This document shows, piece after piece, positions 49,746 to 63,230 of a stretch of DNA of 64,000 nt (its first letter is position 1; each line of letters starts with the position of its first letter). Origin of the DNA: Hydrolagus affinis (Eukaryota); assembly GCA_012026655.1 (NCBI GenBank), contig JAAILG010000505.1, positions 1 through 64,000 on the forward strand, given 5' to 3'. The position numbers were made by a program, and so were the translations under genes. A model generated the notes under the pieces. That model made no database searches and was not told where the DNA came from. It saw nothing but the letters and a program-made list of their open reading frames with translations.

Positions 49746-52743
49746 CACAATACGTGCACTGGTTTCTTATCTGGAGCTGATTGGCATTTTGTACTGAACT
49801 GCTAGCGATCTGTTCAGTGCAGCCGTAAACATACTTATATTCTCTATTCAAATATGAAATCAATCCATAAGAGAGCAATGGGTTAGTTCTTTGAATACCA
49901 GCAGATGCACTGCAACAAAGTGAGACTATTTGGCTGCCACTGGGGCTAATAGGCATTCTTGGTGCTTTGCTGAAGATTGTAATGTGATTCGCTAGTTACC
50001 TAATCAGCGCTTGCTGCAGAAAATAAAGAAAAATTGTCTGGAGTATTTATGTAAAGGATAAAATAATAAAAACCAGATTGAAGCAATTTATTATAATTTC
50101 CAAGTGAACTGCTGCTGATTTGCCAGGTTCACCAATATAGTGACTGCAGAGGAAAGAGTGGAGAGTGTTTACATTGCTGTCAGGAGATTGATGGCTGGAA
50201 ATGCTTACAATTTGCATTTTAAATGGTTATTTATTGATGTTTAACGCTCCTGGTTCTTTTGAGAGACAGCTACATTATTACCTTTTTGTAGTTTAGCAGC
50301 AGAACTCACCAGAAATCGGTGCAGAATTGATTTCTCAGCTCTGATGCAAAGCCTTTCTAAGCAACTGGATAATCAGTGGTTAAAAAAAAACTTTCCTGCA
50401 AAGCAAAGCAGATCTAGCAAATCAAATAAAAAAATTATTTTCATGGATGGCAAGTTTTTCTCTTAAGACTTCCGAAGCTTGGAGTATCTGCAAATGCCAA
50501 AGTGGATAAAAACACTGTCTGGCTTTGCACTAAGCAGTTCTCATCACAGTCATCACTTTCAAAACATAACTCTTATATCACACCTTGCGGCAACTTTTCT
50601 TCTACCCCCTTCCACCAGCTCAGGTGACCAGTAAGCTGTTTAAGACATCCTCCCAATGGAAACAAATACAATATAAATGTCAATGTTGTTGTACAAAGTT
50701 GTACATATGATACCAGGATCCAAAGGGCGCTGTAATGTGGTGGCTGTTCGGATCTTGAACATCCACCTGATTAGGCAGAAGGGAACTCGGTTTAAAGTCA
50801 CATCTAAATGACATATTTGCTTCCAAAAATACCTTACAGTAAAAATATATTTCTTGCATTTGATAAATCATTTTATCATGTCGACGAGACATCTCAAAGC
50901 ACTTCAAATGAAGTGGTATAACTACTTATTTTGTGGGCAGAATCCTATGTATCTGCAGCACTTTTGAGATGCTTTCCCAATGTGAAAGGTGCAATAACAA
51001 ATGCAAGGATTATTACTCTTAAGGAATTTTAGTGTTGGTTGAGGAGGGAATTTAATTTTATTACCCGAGCTGAAAATGCACAGAAACAATGGAATCATAG
51101 AAGCAGCATTGCCTGCAGTCTAAGGGTTGATATTTGAATCTTTGTTATAATAAATATATCTAAATTCATACAGTGATTGCATGCAATGACCATTTGAAAT
51201 TGTGGATCATACAAGTTCATACAATTTAGTTTGGCATTTACAAAGATCCCAAAACTTCTACTACAGCCTCAATAAATATTTCAATCAAATCTGATGAATC
51301 TTGTATACTATATTGTGGAGAATGCCAGCAGTGTTAGCTTGTGCCATTCCAGTTTGTCTTGTGATTGTGCTACAAATAATGTTGCAAATGATACCATTTG
51401 TGTTAGCAACAGTGAACAATTGATAGAATGAAATCAGATGGGGGATGTTTATCTGTTCAATCGTCTCAAAGTCAAATGGATTTTAAAAAATAAAATCGAG
51501 GATTCCAGGACACCTGGACTAGTTTGAAGAGCAAATACTTTGTCAGTCAAAAGAAGATTAAAAACAGTTTCTCTCATGTTGACATTGCAACACTGCAATG
51601 TCGCAACAAACAGTGATAGTTTGCCAGAATCTTAACTCTATGTTATGCATTTCATTAAATGCAATGTTCAAAGCCGTGTTATTGAAAGAGGGATTAATAT
51701 TCAAAATGCTGGTGATTTGTTTGTTGGATCTTTTTAGCCTTAATAATCCACTGTTCCAGTCACTATTTGTTGGATTTTTCAGTATGACAGTGACTTATTT
51801 ATTTGAAATCCTTGCTATCCAACAGGTTGAAGTCCACAAATGAGATCAGATTACCACCTTAACACAGTTTATCTGCTATGTGATCAAAATTGTGCTTTTT
51901 GGGAACAATTGTTTGTCCTAAAAAAAAATGCATAGGCACAAGGAATAATTGGTTTCCATTACAATATTGTTGGTCAAATTTTTTGATATTTGCCTTCATT
52001 GGAATTGAGGTGTGCCCAAGTATGATCTTGGTATTAGATGTACAATTGGGATGGACCATTTTACAATGCACTTGAGGTAAATTGAAAGACACTAGAGGAT
52101 AATCCAGCCTACATATTACAACACAGTTAATCTATGTTTCTAACTAAATATAGTTTTGCATGGTCAAATAATTGAAAATCGCTTGTATTTATATTTTATA
52201 GCATATGGAGTCGGATACTTTATTTGATATTGAATGTTTTAGCAAGTGTAACGCCAATCAGTAATCACCATGACAACATGTTGCTCTAAAGATCCTTACA
52301 TTTCTTACCCTTTCTTTCAATTCTCATTCCTTTTTACTTTTCTCGTAATCTTATTTGCTCAATTCCAGTGGAGCGCTCTGAGACGCCGTGCGGCGTGGAG
52401 AGCGCTATATAAATCGAAGTTGTTGTGGTGGTTGTTGTTGCAGAAAGTTTCATTGTAGAGAAGGGTCTGGCCTGGAAGGCAGTCTTGCTAAAGTAAAAGT
52501 ATCCAAGGACCATTCAGACAATTGTATGGTGCAGCAATGTGGAGTGACATCAATGTTTGGTTTTCCTCTTTCCTCTTTCTGTATGAAATAGATTAAAGTA
52601 AACATTGCTCTTCCAATATTCATAGAGAATTAAATCAATTGGAAACTTGGCCTAAGTGATGCATTTTAGGATTGACGTTGTGTTAAGAAGAAGGTTGCAT
52701 GTTTTTGTCTGTAAATGGGCTGCTGGGTTGACTTACAAATAAA

Positions 52744-52993
52744 TGAAACATTTCTTCACTCAAAGGGTAGTGAATTTATGGAATTCACTATCCCAGAAGG
52801 CTATAGATGCTCAGTCCTTGAACATTTTCAAGGCTGAGACTGATAGATTTTTGAAAAATAGAGGGATCAGGGGATATGGGAATAGGGCAGGTAATCAAAG
52901 TTAGGTGAGAAGATCAGCCATGATCTTATTGAATGGCGGAGCAGGCTCGAAGGGCCGAATGGCCTACTCCTGCTCCTAATTCTTATGTTCTTA
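52744..52993 (+). mobile_element. CR1 LINE 3' end, 5'-truncated
   Basis: HFFTQRVVNLWNSL..FKAETDRFL, then gatcagccatgatcttattgaatggcggagcaggctcgaagggccgaatggcctactcctgctcctaattcttatgttctta. Confidence 0.9.
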
Positions 52994-55900
52994 CAATCAC
53001 TACACTTTACAGTAAAAATTCTGTGAAGGGCAATAAAACGTCATCCGCAGATGAAAGGCGCAATACCAAATGCAAGGATTATGCTCCTTAGTATTTTGAA
53101 CAGATCCATATGAAGGTAGATATTCCCCTGAGAGATATGCATGCAGGTAATATTCAGATATTTTGAATGTTATTTCTGTATTTTAACATTTGAACTGTAC
53201 TATGTTTTACATTATTACTGTTATACATGAAACACATTCAGAACTAAGAACAGTTGAGGCATTTTATTACTTCCCTTTTCACCTGTCATCTTTATATTCA
53301 ATTGTCTATATTCCCATATAAAAGTAGCCAGGGAATCTGCTAAGCAGAAGAGGTATGTTAACCATTATTTGATTTAGGGTTTGAGATATTGCACTAATTC
53401 CAAACCCACTTACTATTGAATTGCATTAACAGCTGAGCACATAATCAACAAATGCCTTGGGGAAACTTGTGTCAAGACAGGTCATAGATTGCCAAAATAG
53501 CAATGTACATTGCTTTGGTACTAATCAAGGAGTCATAAACAATCCACTTATCTCAGCAGCTGTGATAAAGTGGATGGTCTGTAATTGTCAGGTGGTGGGT
53601 GGATTACTGTTGATAATGAATGATCTGGGATAAAGGAAGACTCGATGCCTATGAACCTGTGAAATGGAATAATACGAATGTGTCTTTGGATTTACACTAT
53701 AAAAAATCCCATGAGATCAAATTAGGAAGTAGATTTCTAATAACTCTCTGCTTTATTTTTTCTAGTACTGTATACAGTTTATACCAATCATTCCAGCATG
53801 CTCCCCCACGTGAAGGCTGCTATACAAATGCATTTTGTTGTTGCTGCTGTGTTTTTTAAATATATATCATATATAAATATATACTAAACATATAATATAA
53901 ATATATTACAAATATGAATATTGTATCCCTGAGTTTTGTTAGGAATTCCTGTCACCAATTTAGAAAAAAATGTTCATCTGTCATTCCTTGTGAGACACAG
54001 AATTTGAATGAATTTTAAACAAATCAAGATTGAGAGCAAATAATAGTTTGTGTCCTAAAAAAGTGTTGTGTTTAAATAACACTGAGCTGTAGCAGTCTCT
54101 GAATTGTTAGCAGGGGTGACATGAAAAGGGAACACTTTTGATGTTTTCTGGATACTCAACTTTGCAGAAACATGTAAGACACAGTTTTAAATGTTAGTGC
54201 CATCAGAGTGAACTCTCTTGTGGCCTTCAGAGACTGCCAATAAATCTTCCAGAATCACATTAATTGTGTTCTGCCATTCATGAACCTTTTAACTACAAAG
54301 AAAATGTTCTTAATATTATAGCTACCCATAAAATACCATTGTAAAATAAATTGTTTATAGGTTATCTCTTCCCTCTCCTTCTTCCTTCATTTCTTTCACA
54401 TTTCAAAGCATAAAGCAGAAGTAATCAAAAACCTTTGACGTTTGGCCTTCGTAAAAACAAGAAGTTGAAATATTTCATTAATTCAGTGACCAGCGGTAAC
54501 ACTCTTCTTTGGACTGGTAACCATGTTATGTAAAGTCAAATTGCTGCTAAATATATTGTCAATATGTTCGTCAAACACTCTGAAGAGAGATTTACTGGCA
54601 CTATACTTGCTGATGATGCTTTCTACTAAAATCGTGACAATACTTTCCACTTAAAGTGGCTCAGAGTTATACATTTTTTGAAACCTCATGAGAGAATGTT
54701 CTGTGTAACTCACTCGTAACCCCATTCATTCTTGTGTAGTTCTGTGACTAACAACAATATTGTATTGAAAAACTCTTTCATCTGTTTTTATTGGTTTGAC
54801 AGACATTCACAGCTTTGTACCTCATCCATTTCTTTGTATCATTAAACAAAATCCGTCTGTAGCTGCAACTGTACAGCTAATAATTTAACCCCCGACCCAG
54901 CAAGAATCTTAATGATGCTGGTTTCAAAATTTGGTCTGTAATAGATCTGTGATGCAGCTCAGCTGGCTTTCTACCCAATGTTTTGTACTGTATAAATTTG
55001 AAGTGTAATGTAAACTGAATGCTAAGGCACACAATAAACAAATGTCTTAGAACTAGCCTCTTTTGCAAGGTTGTTGATCCCAATATAACAATTTGCATTA
55101 CTAGAAAGGAAACCTAATGCAATTGTGAAGTTTAAAAATTATTGGAATGAAGTTAGAGCCCATTGTTTTGGTAGACAGCTATGTTCAATAGAGAGTACTG
55201 TACTTATGCTTTTTGTGTAATTGCACTTGTATCCAGTAGCTTCCATTATTTTTTGGGTACTAACAGTTCTAACAGTTCGTCGAACCACTAGTTTAAATTG
55301 ACAATCTTGACCTTTGAGTGACATTTAGGAATAATATTTCAGAAAAACCTCAATTTTTTTTCTTGTAGAGATTCTTCATAATTGGGAACTTCTGAGGACA
55401 AGGGTGCCTCTCTTTTGGCATTGCACAACTTTGGGATGGCAAGCCACCCCAACATTTCACCCATAATTACAATTTGACTAAAAATCAAAGTCTCAATTTA
55501 GAGTTTGTCCAATTTGCTGGAGCAAACTGACCACTCTATCCATAGCAACTCACCCTATACTGTGAATCTGTGGTTGTGAGTAAACAGAAATGGAATTCAG
55601 TTGTGTATGATAGCTGCTGGTCTTCACAGCCTTGACAGGTTTTTGAGACTTAATAATTGGATTCTTTTATGATTCTTTTAAAAGGAGCTTCTGGCAGAAG
55701 CAATTTGCGTTCCATCAATTGTATTCATTGTTTAAATAAAAGCAGAAGCTCTTTATCTAAAAGCATTTTGTCAGCCTTTATTATATTGGTTATGCCACTG
55801 TGCCCATAGATGGACGTGTGGTAATGAATAGTTTTCTCATTTTGCAATGATCCAGAAGTACTATTACTATGGTTAGGTTAAAGGGGGCAGAGGACGCACT

Positions 55901-56524
55901 TATCAGCTGATCTGCTGCTCCTGGCACAAGGGGTAATTTTATCAGAGCATTGTCAGATGTGACAGCCTCAAAGCCAAGGTTTCAATTGATGGTGATAGTA
56001 GCTAGAGGTAATTGCACATAAATTGGAAGAGGTGGTACAGTTGGGGCCAGAGAGCATTTCTAATGCAAACTTGTACTGAGGTAATGGAGTGGGAAGAGAT
56101 ATATGAACAGTTCAATATTTCTATCTGAATGGAGAGCTGTTCACAAAATTAGCAGAAGTTTTTTTTAAAAAAAAGCTGGTTGCTGAATGAATTCAAAATG
56201 TTTGCTCAATCAAGGCTCATCATTAGTGAGCACTATAGACTTAACCGAGTTAATATTCCTCAACATGAGTGACATAAAGTCTGGAACTGATGAGTTAATG
56301 AAATGGTTTATTCTGTAAACATAAATCGTTCTTAAAATTTTGCCAACAATAATTTCCCTGAGGGAAAAGCTGTGAGAATTTTTAATCCACCAGCCAGCTA
56401 ATGTTTAATTCATCCTCCCCCAGGGAGGAAACATTTCATCACTGAACTCTTGCTCTTTATCATCCAATCAAGTGTATAAATCAGACATGTGTTTTTATTG
56501 TATTAGATAGTTTATGTACGGTAC

Positions 56525-56665
56525 ATGATAGTGGGTTGACAAAGTAGCCTTTCACCTCTGAGACCTGGATTCATATCTAGTTATGACTTGTGTGATGAAT
56601 GTTCTTTCTTTCTTTCTTTCTTTCTTTTTCTTATGATTGTGAAGATCTTATTTGTAATGAATTTC
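56525..56665 (+). mobile_element. LF-SINE-like 5' fragment interrupted by (TTTC)n
   Basis: agcctttcacctctgagacctggattcatatctag matches the recalled LF-SINE head AGCCTTTCACCTCT..GGTTCxAATCCAG. Confidence 0.5.
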
Positions 56666-58304
56666 AATATTCTCTCAGAAATGGCATGTTGTTGAGGAAG
56701 TGTAGGAAATGCCTTACTTTACATCTGTTACTGATACATATATCAGTGTACAGTATCTGCAGTGGGGAGGGCTGAATACTGGCAGTGAGTACCCAAAATG
56801 AAAAAGTGCATCCTGTCACTATTCTCACCAAGTTGAGTAGATTCACCAAAATATATTTTTCAATTTAGATTAGTAGAAAAGGCAGTGCTGCACAGATACA
56901 TGTAATAGACTTGATGAAAAATAGTTTTATCAGAAGTAATTTTGTGCATGATTATAAAAAATACATTGAGACCTATTGTACCATATGCTACAGTTATTAT
57001 CTGGTAATATGCAGTTAGCTTAGAATATCCATCAACTGTCAAATGTATATATCTTGCATTTCTTAGTGCTTTAATTTAACCCATTGGGTTTCAATAGCCA
57101 ATTGTTGTTCACACAATAACAATATTGAACTCTGCAATGGAAGTGTACGACAGATTATGTACCCCATCTGGAAATGACTGTACCAACAATTTATCCGCAA
57201 TGTTTGAACTAAACAATAATTCTTCATTCACAAGAGGCTACAGATAAGAGTGTCTTTGAGTCAGTCATGCCTATACACAAGTAATTGAAAAGCGAACAAA
57301 AACACCATAATATGCATTAATTAACTATCTTGTTTTCAGCCTGTCCATTCTTCATCTGACCTGACACTTGCATTAACCAGTTAACAAGGGAGGAAATATT
57401 ACTTTAATTATTTGAGCTTGTTTTATTTTTAGGATCTGTGTAACGTAAATTGTAAAGTTATGTACTGGATAATAGAGAAACGTGTTTTTTTCCTTAAGGC
57501 TAATCATTAGTGAATATTATGTACCATCATTAAGTTCTTAAACTTTTTCAGCCCCATGTGGTAGCTGACAAAATATTCGCATCATCCAGTGAATTCCAAG
57601 CTGTAGTCCTCTGGGCATGCTTGGGTAAGCTGGAAGTAATTCTGTGTATCTGGGAAGCTGAGCTGTATTAGAGAGCTAATGATAGCAGACAAATACAGGT
57701 GCAAGGGTAGGATTAGTGTAGTAATAAGCAGTGTTCAGCAGAGAGAGAGATGTGTGCTGTAACGTGAAATTATGCTGGTTAGATTTTGGAAGATTCTAAA
57801 TCTTTGAGTCTAAGACTTTAAACCTTGGTTTTAATGGCTATGCTGTATTTGTCTCACATTTTAGAATTGATGGACTCCAAAAAGTTGCATAACTTGTATG
57901 TGTTCCCCATCGATGTACGACAAAGTAATGTCTATCGAAAGATATTATTTTCAAAAATATCGTAACATAGGTGAAATTAATTGTAAATGTCAGGTTTGCA
58001 TACTTGTAGAATAACTGAAGAAGCTCCTCAGGCCCATAGCTGCCAGTCTCCATATCAGAGTTAGGGTGATTGTCAGTGACATCCATATGCAAGATTTGAG
58101 CTCTCTATTTCACCGGTACTGGTACAACCTGTTAGAGTTTGTGTTCTATACTCTGCAGAAATGTCTGGAAATGGGAGTCAACAAAGATTTTCCAGTACAG
58201 TATTCAGAGTTAAGATTCTAAAAGTGCAAGTGAGGTATAGTGTTGGCCATTAAACTTGTGTGCTCCAAATATAAATTTTGTATTTTGCTGTGTTTTCCCT
58301 TCAG

Positions 58305-58369
58305 GCAACAGACAATGACATTGGAAGCTATGGAAATGTCAATTACTATTTCAGCGATGAATCTGACAG
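58305..58369 (+). CDS. CDH23: Cadherin-23 internal coding exon (65 nt, phase 0-2): ATDNDIGSYGNVNYYFSDESD(R)
   Basis: Acceptor tgttttcccttcag, donor CAG|gtaag. Has the ATDxD motif. Confidence 0.95.
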
Positions 58370-58641
58370 GTAAGAAAAGGCTCTGGATAATAGCCATTGC
58401 AGATACTTCCAAGTATTTATTGTGCACTACAAAAGGAAGAGTCAGAGATGTCACGCAAGCAACCTATAATAAAAAAAAACAATAATAAAAAACACCTTAC
58501 ATCACTGGTTTGCTAAGTTTTCTTTCTCCCACATACCACATCCCCTTTCCAGTATTGAAGCATTCTCTTAAGTTAAGAGAAATATGGGTTAGACTGGCAA
58601 TAGGTATTTGTTATCTTTGCCATCTATTGCTTTTGTGCCTC

Positions 58642-59390
58642 ACAACAACAACAAAATTACATTTGTATAGTGCCTTTCACATCGGGAGGATGTCTCAAGG
58701 CGCTCCTGATGACAGTAATGTTTCACACCCGAGCTGGGATCAGGATCAGGGAGGGTGGAGAGAGAGGAGGGGATTTGGGCTGACAGATGGGATTGTCGAA
58801 GAGGAGGGTCTTGAGGCAGGACTTGAAGGAGGCTAGGGAGGGAGCAAGGCAGAGGGACTTAAGGATGGAGTTCCAAATGTTATTGGCATAGTGGCTAAAG
58901 GATCACCCACTGATGGTGGGGTGGGGACGTGTAGCAGGCCAGAGCCTGCTGAGCAGATTGAGCAGACAGATTGGTAGGGGGTTAGGAGGTTGCAGAGGGG
59001 GCTTTGAACGTGACGACCAGGATTCTGAATTGAATCCACTGGGTGATGGGTAGCTGGGTATCGGGTGAGAATGCTGGAGATGGGGGTCACAGAGCTTGGA
59101 ACGGTAGAGGACACGGGCCACAGAGTTCTAGATTATCTGCAGTCTACGGAGGGAAGAATTGGGAAGGCCAACAAGCAGGGCATTGGTGTAGTTGAGCCTG
59201 GATGTATTCACAGCATGAATGATGGTTTCAGCAGCCTGGGTGGTAAGGTAATGGCGGAGTCGGGCAATATTACTGAAGTGAGGGAAGGCAGAGCAGATCA
59301 TGGCTTGGATGTGGGGGAGGAAAGACAGTTGAGGATCGAACAAGACACCAAGGTTCCAAGGTGGAGTGTGCAACCATGGAAGTTGATGCT
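58642..59390 (-). mobile_element. L2 LINE, 5'-truncated and frameshifted
   Basis: ORF 59128..59373 reads NLGVLFDPQLSFLPHI..AETIIHAVNTSRLNYTNALLVGLP. 3' stem-loop and (TTG)n tail at 58642-58705. Confidence 0.9.
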
Positions 59391-59862
59391 GCCAGTGCCT
59401 AATGTGTGAAGGACTGAGAGTGAGAGAGCAACCAAAGCAGCTCCCTCTGCCAGACCTCCAGTAATGCTCTTGAGCTGAGTGTTGTGACAGCAGCCCTATT
59501 GTTGCGAAGATTCCTCCTCTGTCTTGTTTGTCTCCATCAAGAAGTTGTCTGACATGTTCTCTGTTGTCTCATAAATTAGGAAGTACAATAACAATTTTGT
59601 GGATCAAAGTTAGATCATTTCTCTCCCTGTGTTTTCCAGTTTTTTTTAAGGGGTATTGGAACAATCATAATTGAGTCTGAAGGGTTTACATTGATTTGTA
59701 TTAAAACATCTAAGTATAAGTATAAACATTGGATTTGGTATCGCATTTTCTGCCAGGAATGCTTCACAGGATTCACTGCAAAGTGCAGTGACTTGAGTAT
59801 TTTGTTAAAATATCAGTTGGTTTACAGGTTTACAAGATGAATCCAAAAAGTTTACCCAAAAT

Positions 59863-60945
59863 CAACAACAACAACAATAACTTCAATTTATATAGTGCTG
59901 GACAGTGTCTCAGAGCGCTTCACAATAGCGGATCCCGGGACTGAGCCAGGGGCAGGGGTAGAAAGGTGACCAAATGCATGGTCGAAGAGAAAGGTCTTCA
60001 GCTGGGACCTGAAAACTGAGAAAGGAGGGGGCAAGACAAAGGTAGTGAGGAGGGAATTCCAGAGCCTCGGGGCATAGTGGCTGAAGGCTAGGCCGCCGAG
60101 GATGGAGCGGAGGATTCAGGGGACATGGAGGAGGCCAGACCCGGTGGAGCAAAGGCAACGGGAGCTGGTTTGAGGAGAGAGGAGGTCAGAGACGTAGGGG
60201 TGGAGGGTGCAGAGGAGTGGAAGGATTTGAAAACAAGGGTGAGGATCTTGAAGTCGATCCTCTCGGGGATAGGGAGCCAGTGAAGTCTGGCAAGGACTGG
60301 GGTAATGGGGGAGCGAAGCTTGGTGCGGGTGAGTATGCAGGCGACAGAGTTTTGGATGAGTTAGATTTTATGGATTGTGGTGGAGGAGAGACCGGCGAGG
60401 AGGGCATTTGAATAGTCCAGCCGTGAGGTGACGAAGGCATGGACCAGGGTTTCAGTGGCTTTTGGGGTGAGGTATTGCTGGAGACGGGCAATCCGTCAGA
60501 GGTGGAAGAAGGCGGTGCTGGTGAGGGACCGAATGTGGGGGAGGAAGGGCAGTTGGGGGTCAAACCTAACGCCAAGGTTGCGCACAGGTTCAGAGAGTTT
60601 CAGGGGGAGATCGGGAAGGTGGAGGAGGTGAGACCCATGTGAAGGGAAACGTTGACAAGAGTATGGCTTCCGTCTTGTCAACATTCAGCTGCAAGAAATT
60701 TGCGCTCATCCAGCTCCTGATGTCTGACAGGCCAGCTGACAGAACATCAGAGGACTGGGGGTCACAAAGTGAAGTGGAGAAATAGAGTTGGGTGTCATCC
60801 GCGTACATGTGGGAGTGTACCCCATGTCTGCGATGACATCCCCAAGAGGGAGCATATAGATGAGGAAGAGGAGGGGGCCAAGGATGGATCCCTGGGGTAC
60901 TCCACAGGAAACCAGGTGAGAGCGGGAGGAAAAGTCATTTGCGGA
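59863..60945 (-). mobile_element. L2 LINE, 5'-truncated, RT C-terminal half with frameshifts
   Basis: [17 protein letters not shown] and [42 protein letters not shown] motifs, plus a (TTG)n tail. Confidence 0.93.
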
Positions 60946-62448
60946 TAAATAGGCTTTTACTGTAATTATATCTGGTTAAAAAAGACTGGAGATTTCTGCC
61001 AAGAATTCTGCCTCTGATTTCCTTCCTCCATGCCCAACCCTCCCTTTCCTGAAAGCAGTTCATTTTACCCAGGACATGAATAATTGACCTCTCTGGAAGA
61101 GCAAAGGCTGGATGTTTCTATACTTCAAGCAACTTGAGTTGAACTGCTAAGTAACCACATGGAAATATTTATTTAAAATTATCAGTAAAGAGTGAAAGCC
61201 TGATGAATTGGCAGACCAATATTTGCTGATCTGGAAATAAATTAACGTAACACAATTGTGCCATTTTCTTTTATGGGACATAACATTAAGTAGGGCAGAT
61301 CCAGCAATTTTATTTTTTATAAAGGAATAAAAATTCTTGGATTTGATGTAGTATCTTTCACACAAGAGAATTCCTCAAAACAATGGATAAGATTTATTAT
61401 TAAACATAGTGTCTGTATTTTGTATACAAATAGTACCTACATTGCAAATCATTAAGAAACATTGCTATACTGATGGTAATCAGCCTCTTATTTGTTTTAT
61501 TTTTCTCCGCTATATTCATACACTATTGATTTTTGGTGGTTGATGTGTTTCAACAAATAAGGCCTTGAAAATGTTCATCTTTGTGTGAAAATAGATCTTT
61601 GAATTGGGTTTCTGAAAGCTTGACACCAAAATGCCATGCTGTAGCTTATTTTTGAGCAAGTAGTCCTGAAATAATTGCTCACATGCAGTTTCAAAATATC
61701 CTTTAAGAGAGATTTCTTTTGTCACAGTATGAGCTAAAAGCATGAGCAGAATTGTGTACAAACTCAGGAAAGATGCTCACTGATAGATATGACCTGCAAC
61801 TGCAGAGCAACACCTGAAATTTTCAGAACTAGTTCCAGAAAGGTTGTAATGAATTGAATTGACGACTAATACTGTATTGGGTTCTGCTTCACCATCAAGG
61901 ATTTGGAAGATAAAAGGTGTTCTATATTGCCTGGCTGTTACTTTTCTGGATCCACTGAAAGAGACAATTTAGTCCAGCCTCGGAGCAGAACACAAAATAA
62001 ATAAGCTTTTTACTGAGCTCTGAAAGAACAAAGAATGACATGGCAAATAATAAGAGAGTTCAGCCCTGCATGACTGTAAATCAAGAGATGTTGAATGATC
62101 AAGGTTGGCTTTCAGTGAATTGTTGTGGAATAAATATGTTACACTCTATTGTAATGACCTTTCATTTAAAACTTCCCTGGTGAGCCATTTGAGAAGTATA
62201 ACTAGCAGCTCACAGATCGTGGCAGCTTAGAGGGATAGATGAGTAGTTTTTCTCTCTTTATTTTATGCAGCCAGATTTCCAGAATAATTCTCCCAATTTC
62301 TTGTACACACCTCTCCCCCTCACAGCAGTGAATCCTGAGCACTATATCAGAAGCAATGATTATGATTATTATCTTTTATGGAAACTATGGGGTAGAAGGG
62401 TGCACTAATCGTATTTCCAAATATTAATGTTTCCCTTTCCTCTTTTAG

Positions 62449-62686
62449 GTTTGTTATTGACAAGGATACAGGTCAGATAACACTAGTCAGACGGCTAGAC
62501 TACGAGACAACGCAAAGATATACCTTAACTTTGATAGCAAAAGATGGTGGTGGTGAAGAAACGACAGGACGAGTGCGCATCAATGTGCTGGATATCAATG
62601 ACAATGTCCCCGCATTTTCAAAGGAAAGCTACTTGGGAACTATCCGAGAAAATGAGCCGTCTTCGGTCCAAGTGGTCAGAGTTCGA
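62449..62686 (+). CDS. CDH23: Cadherin-23 internal coding exon (238 nt, phase 2-0): (R)FVIDKDTGQITLVRRLDYETTQRYTLTLIAKDGGGEETTGRVRINVLDINDNVPAFSKESYLGTIRENEPSSVQVVRVR
   Basis: Acceptor ttcctcttttag, donor CGA|gtgagt. Has LDYE, AxDGG and DINDNVP motifs, and its phase fits the 65-nt exon. Confidence 0.97.
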
Positions 62687-62956
62687 GTGAGTCAAACAAT
62701 CTTGTTCAGTATCAGATTCACTGAGAATATGAGGGAGTTTGGGCTCATACGGATGGGCCACACTGTCACAATACATGTACATGTCTGTAATTCCCTGCAT
62801 GGTGTCTTTCTGGTTTTTGTATTGAATCAGAAGATAGGATGTAGATACAGGTAGGGAAACTGAAGGTGAAATTAGAAGGAAGCATGCCCTCAATTTTTTT
62901 TAATATAACTCTTATAGATACCAAACAGTGCCATTTACCTGCTTCCAGACATGTGT

Positions 62957-63056
62957 NNNNNNNNNNNNNNNNNNNNNNNNNNNNNNNNNNNNNNNNNNNN
63001 NNNNNNNNNNNNNNNNNNNNNNNNNNNNNNNNNNNNNNNNNNNNNNNNNNNNNNNN
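62957..63056. other. Assembly gap (100 N)
   Basis: Run of 100 N, probably an unknown-size placeholder. Confidence 0.99.
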
Positions 63057-63230
63057 GAGGGAGGGAGGGAGGGAGGGAGGGAGGGAGGGAGGGAGGGAGG
63101 GAAAGTGAATGTGGGATGGAGTTTCAAATGATGGGGGCAGAGAGACTGAAGGCCCGACTGCTGATGGTGGGATGGATCAGGCGAGGACCGTGGAACAGGC
63201 TGGAACCTGCTGAGTGAAGGGAGCGAACAG
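63057..63230 (-). repeat. (GGGA)n microsatellite followed by an L2 3'-region fragment
   Basis: (ggga)n at 63057-63102, then ggagtttcaaatgatgggggcagagagactgaaggcccgactgctgatggtggg, similar to L2 sequence near 58860-58920 and 60050-60110. Confidence 0.65.

Noticed and set aside
58510-60808. Cluster of longer GC-rich ORFs on both strands
   Set aside because: All lie within two frameshifted L2 copies and are alternative frames or fragments of ORF2.
62866-63217. ORFs spanning the N run with EGGR repeats
   Set aside because: Artefacts of the assembly gap and the (GGGA)n microsatellite.
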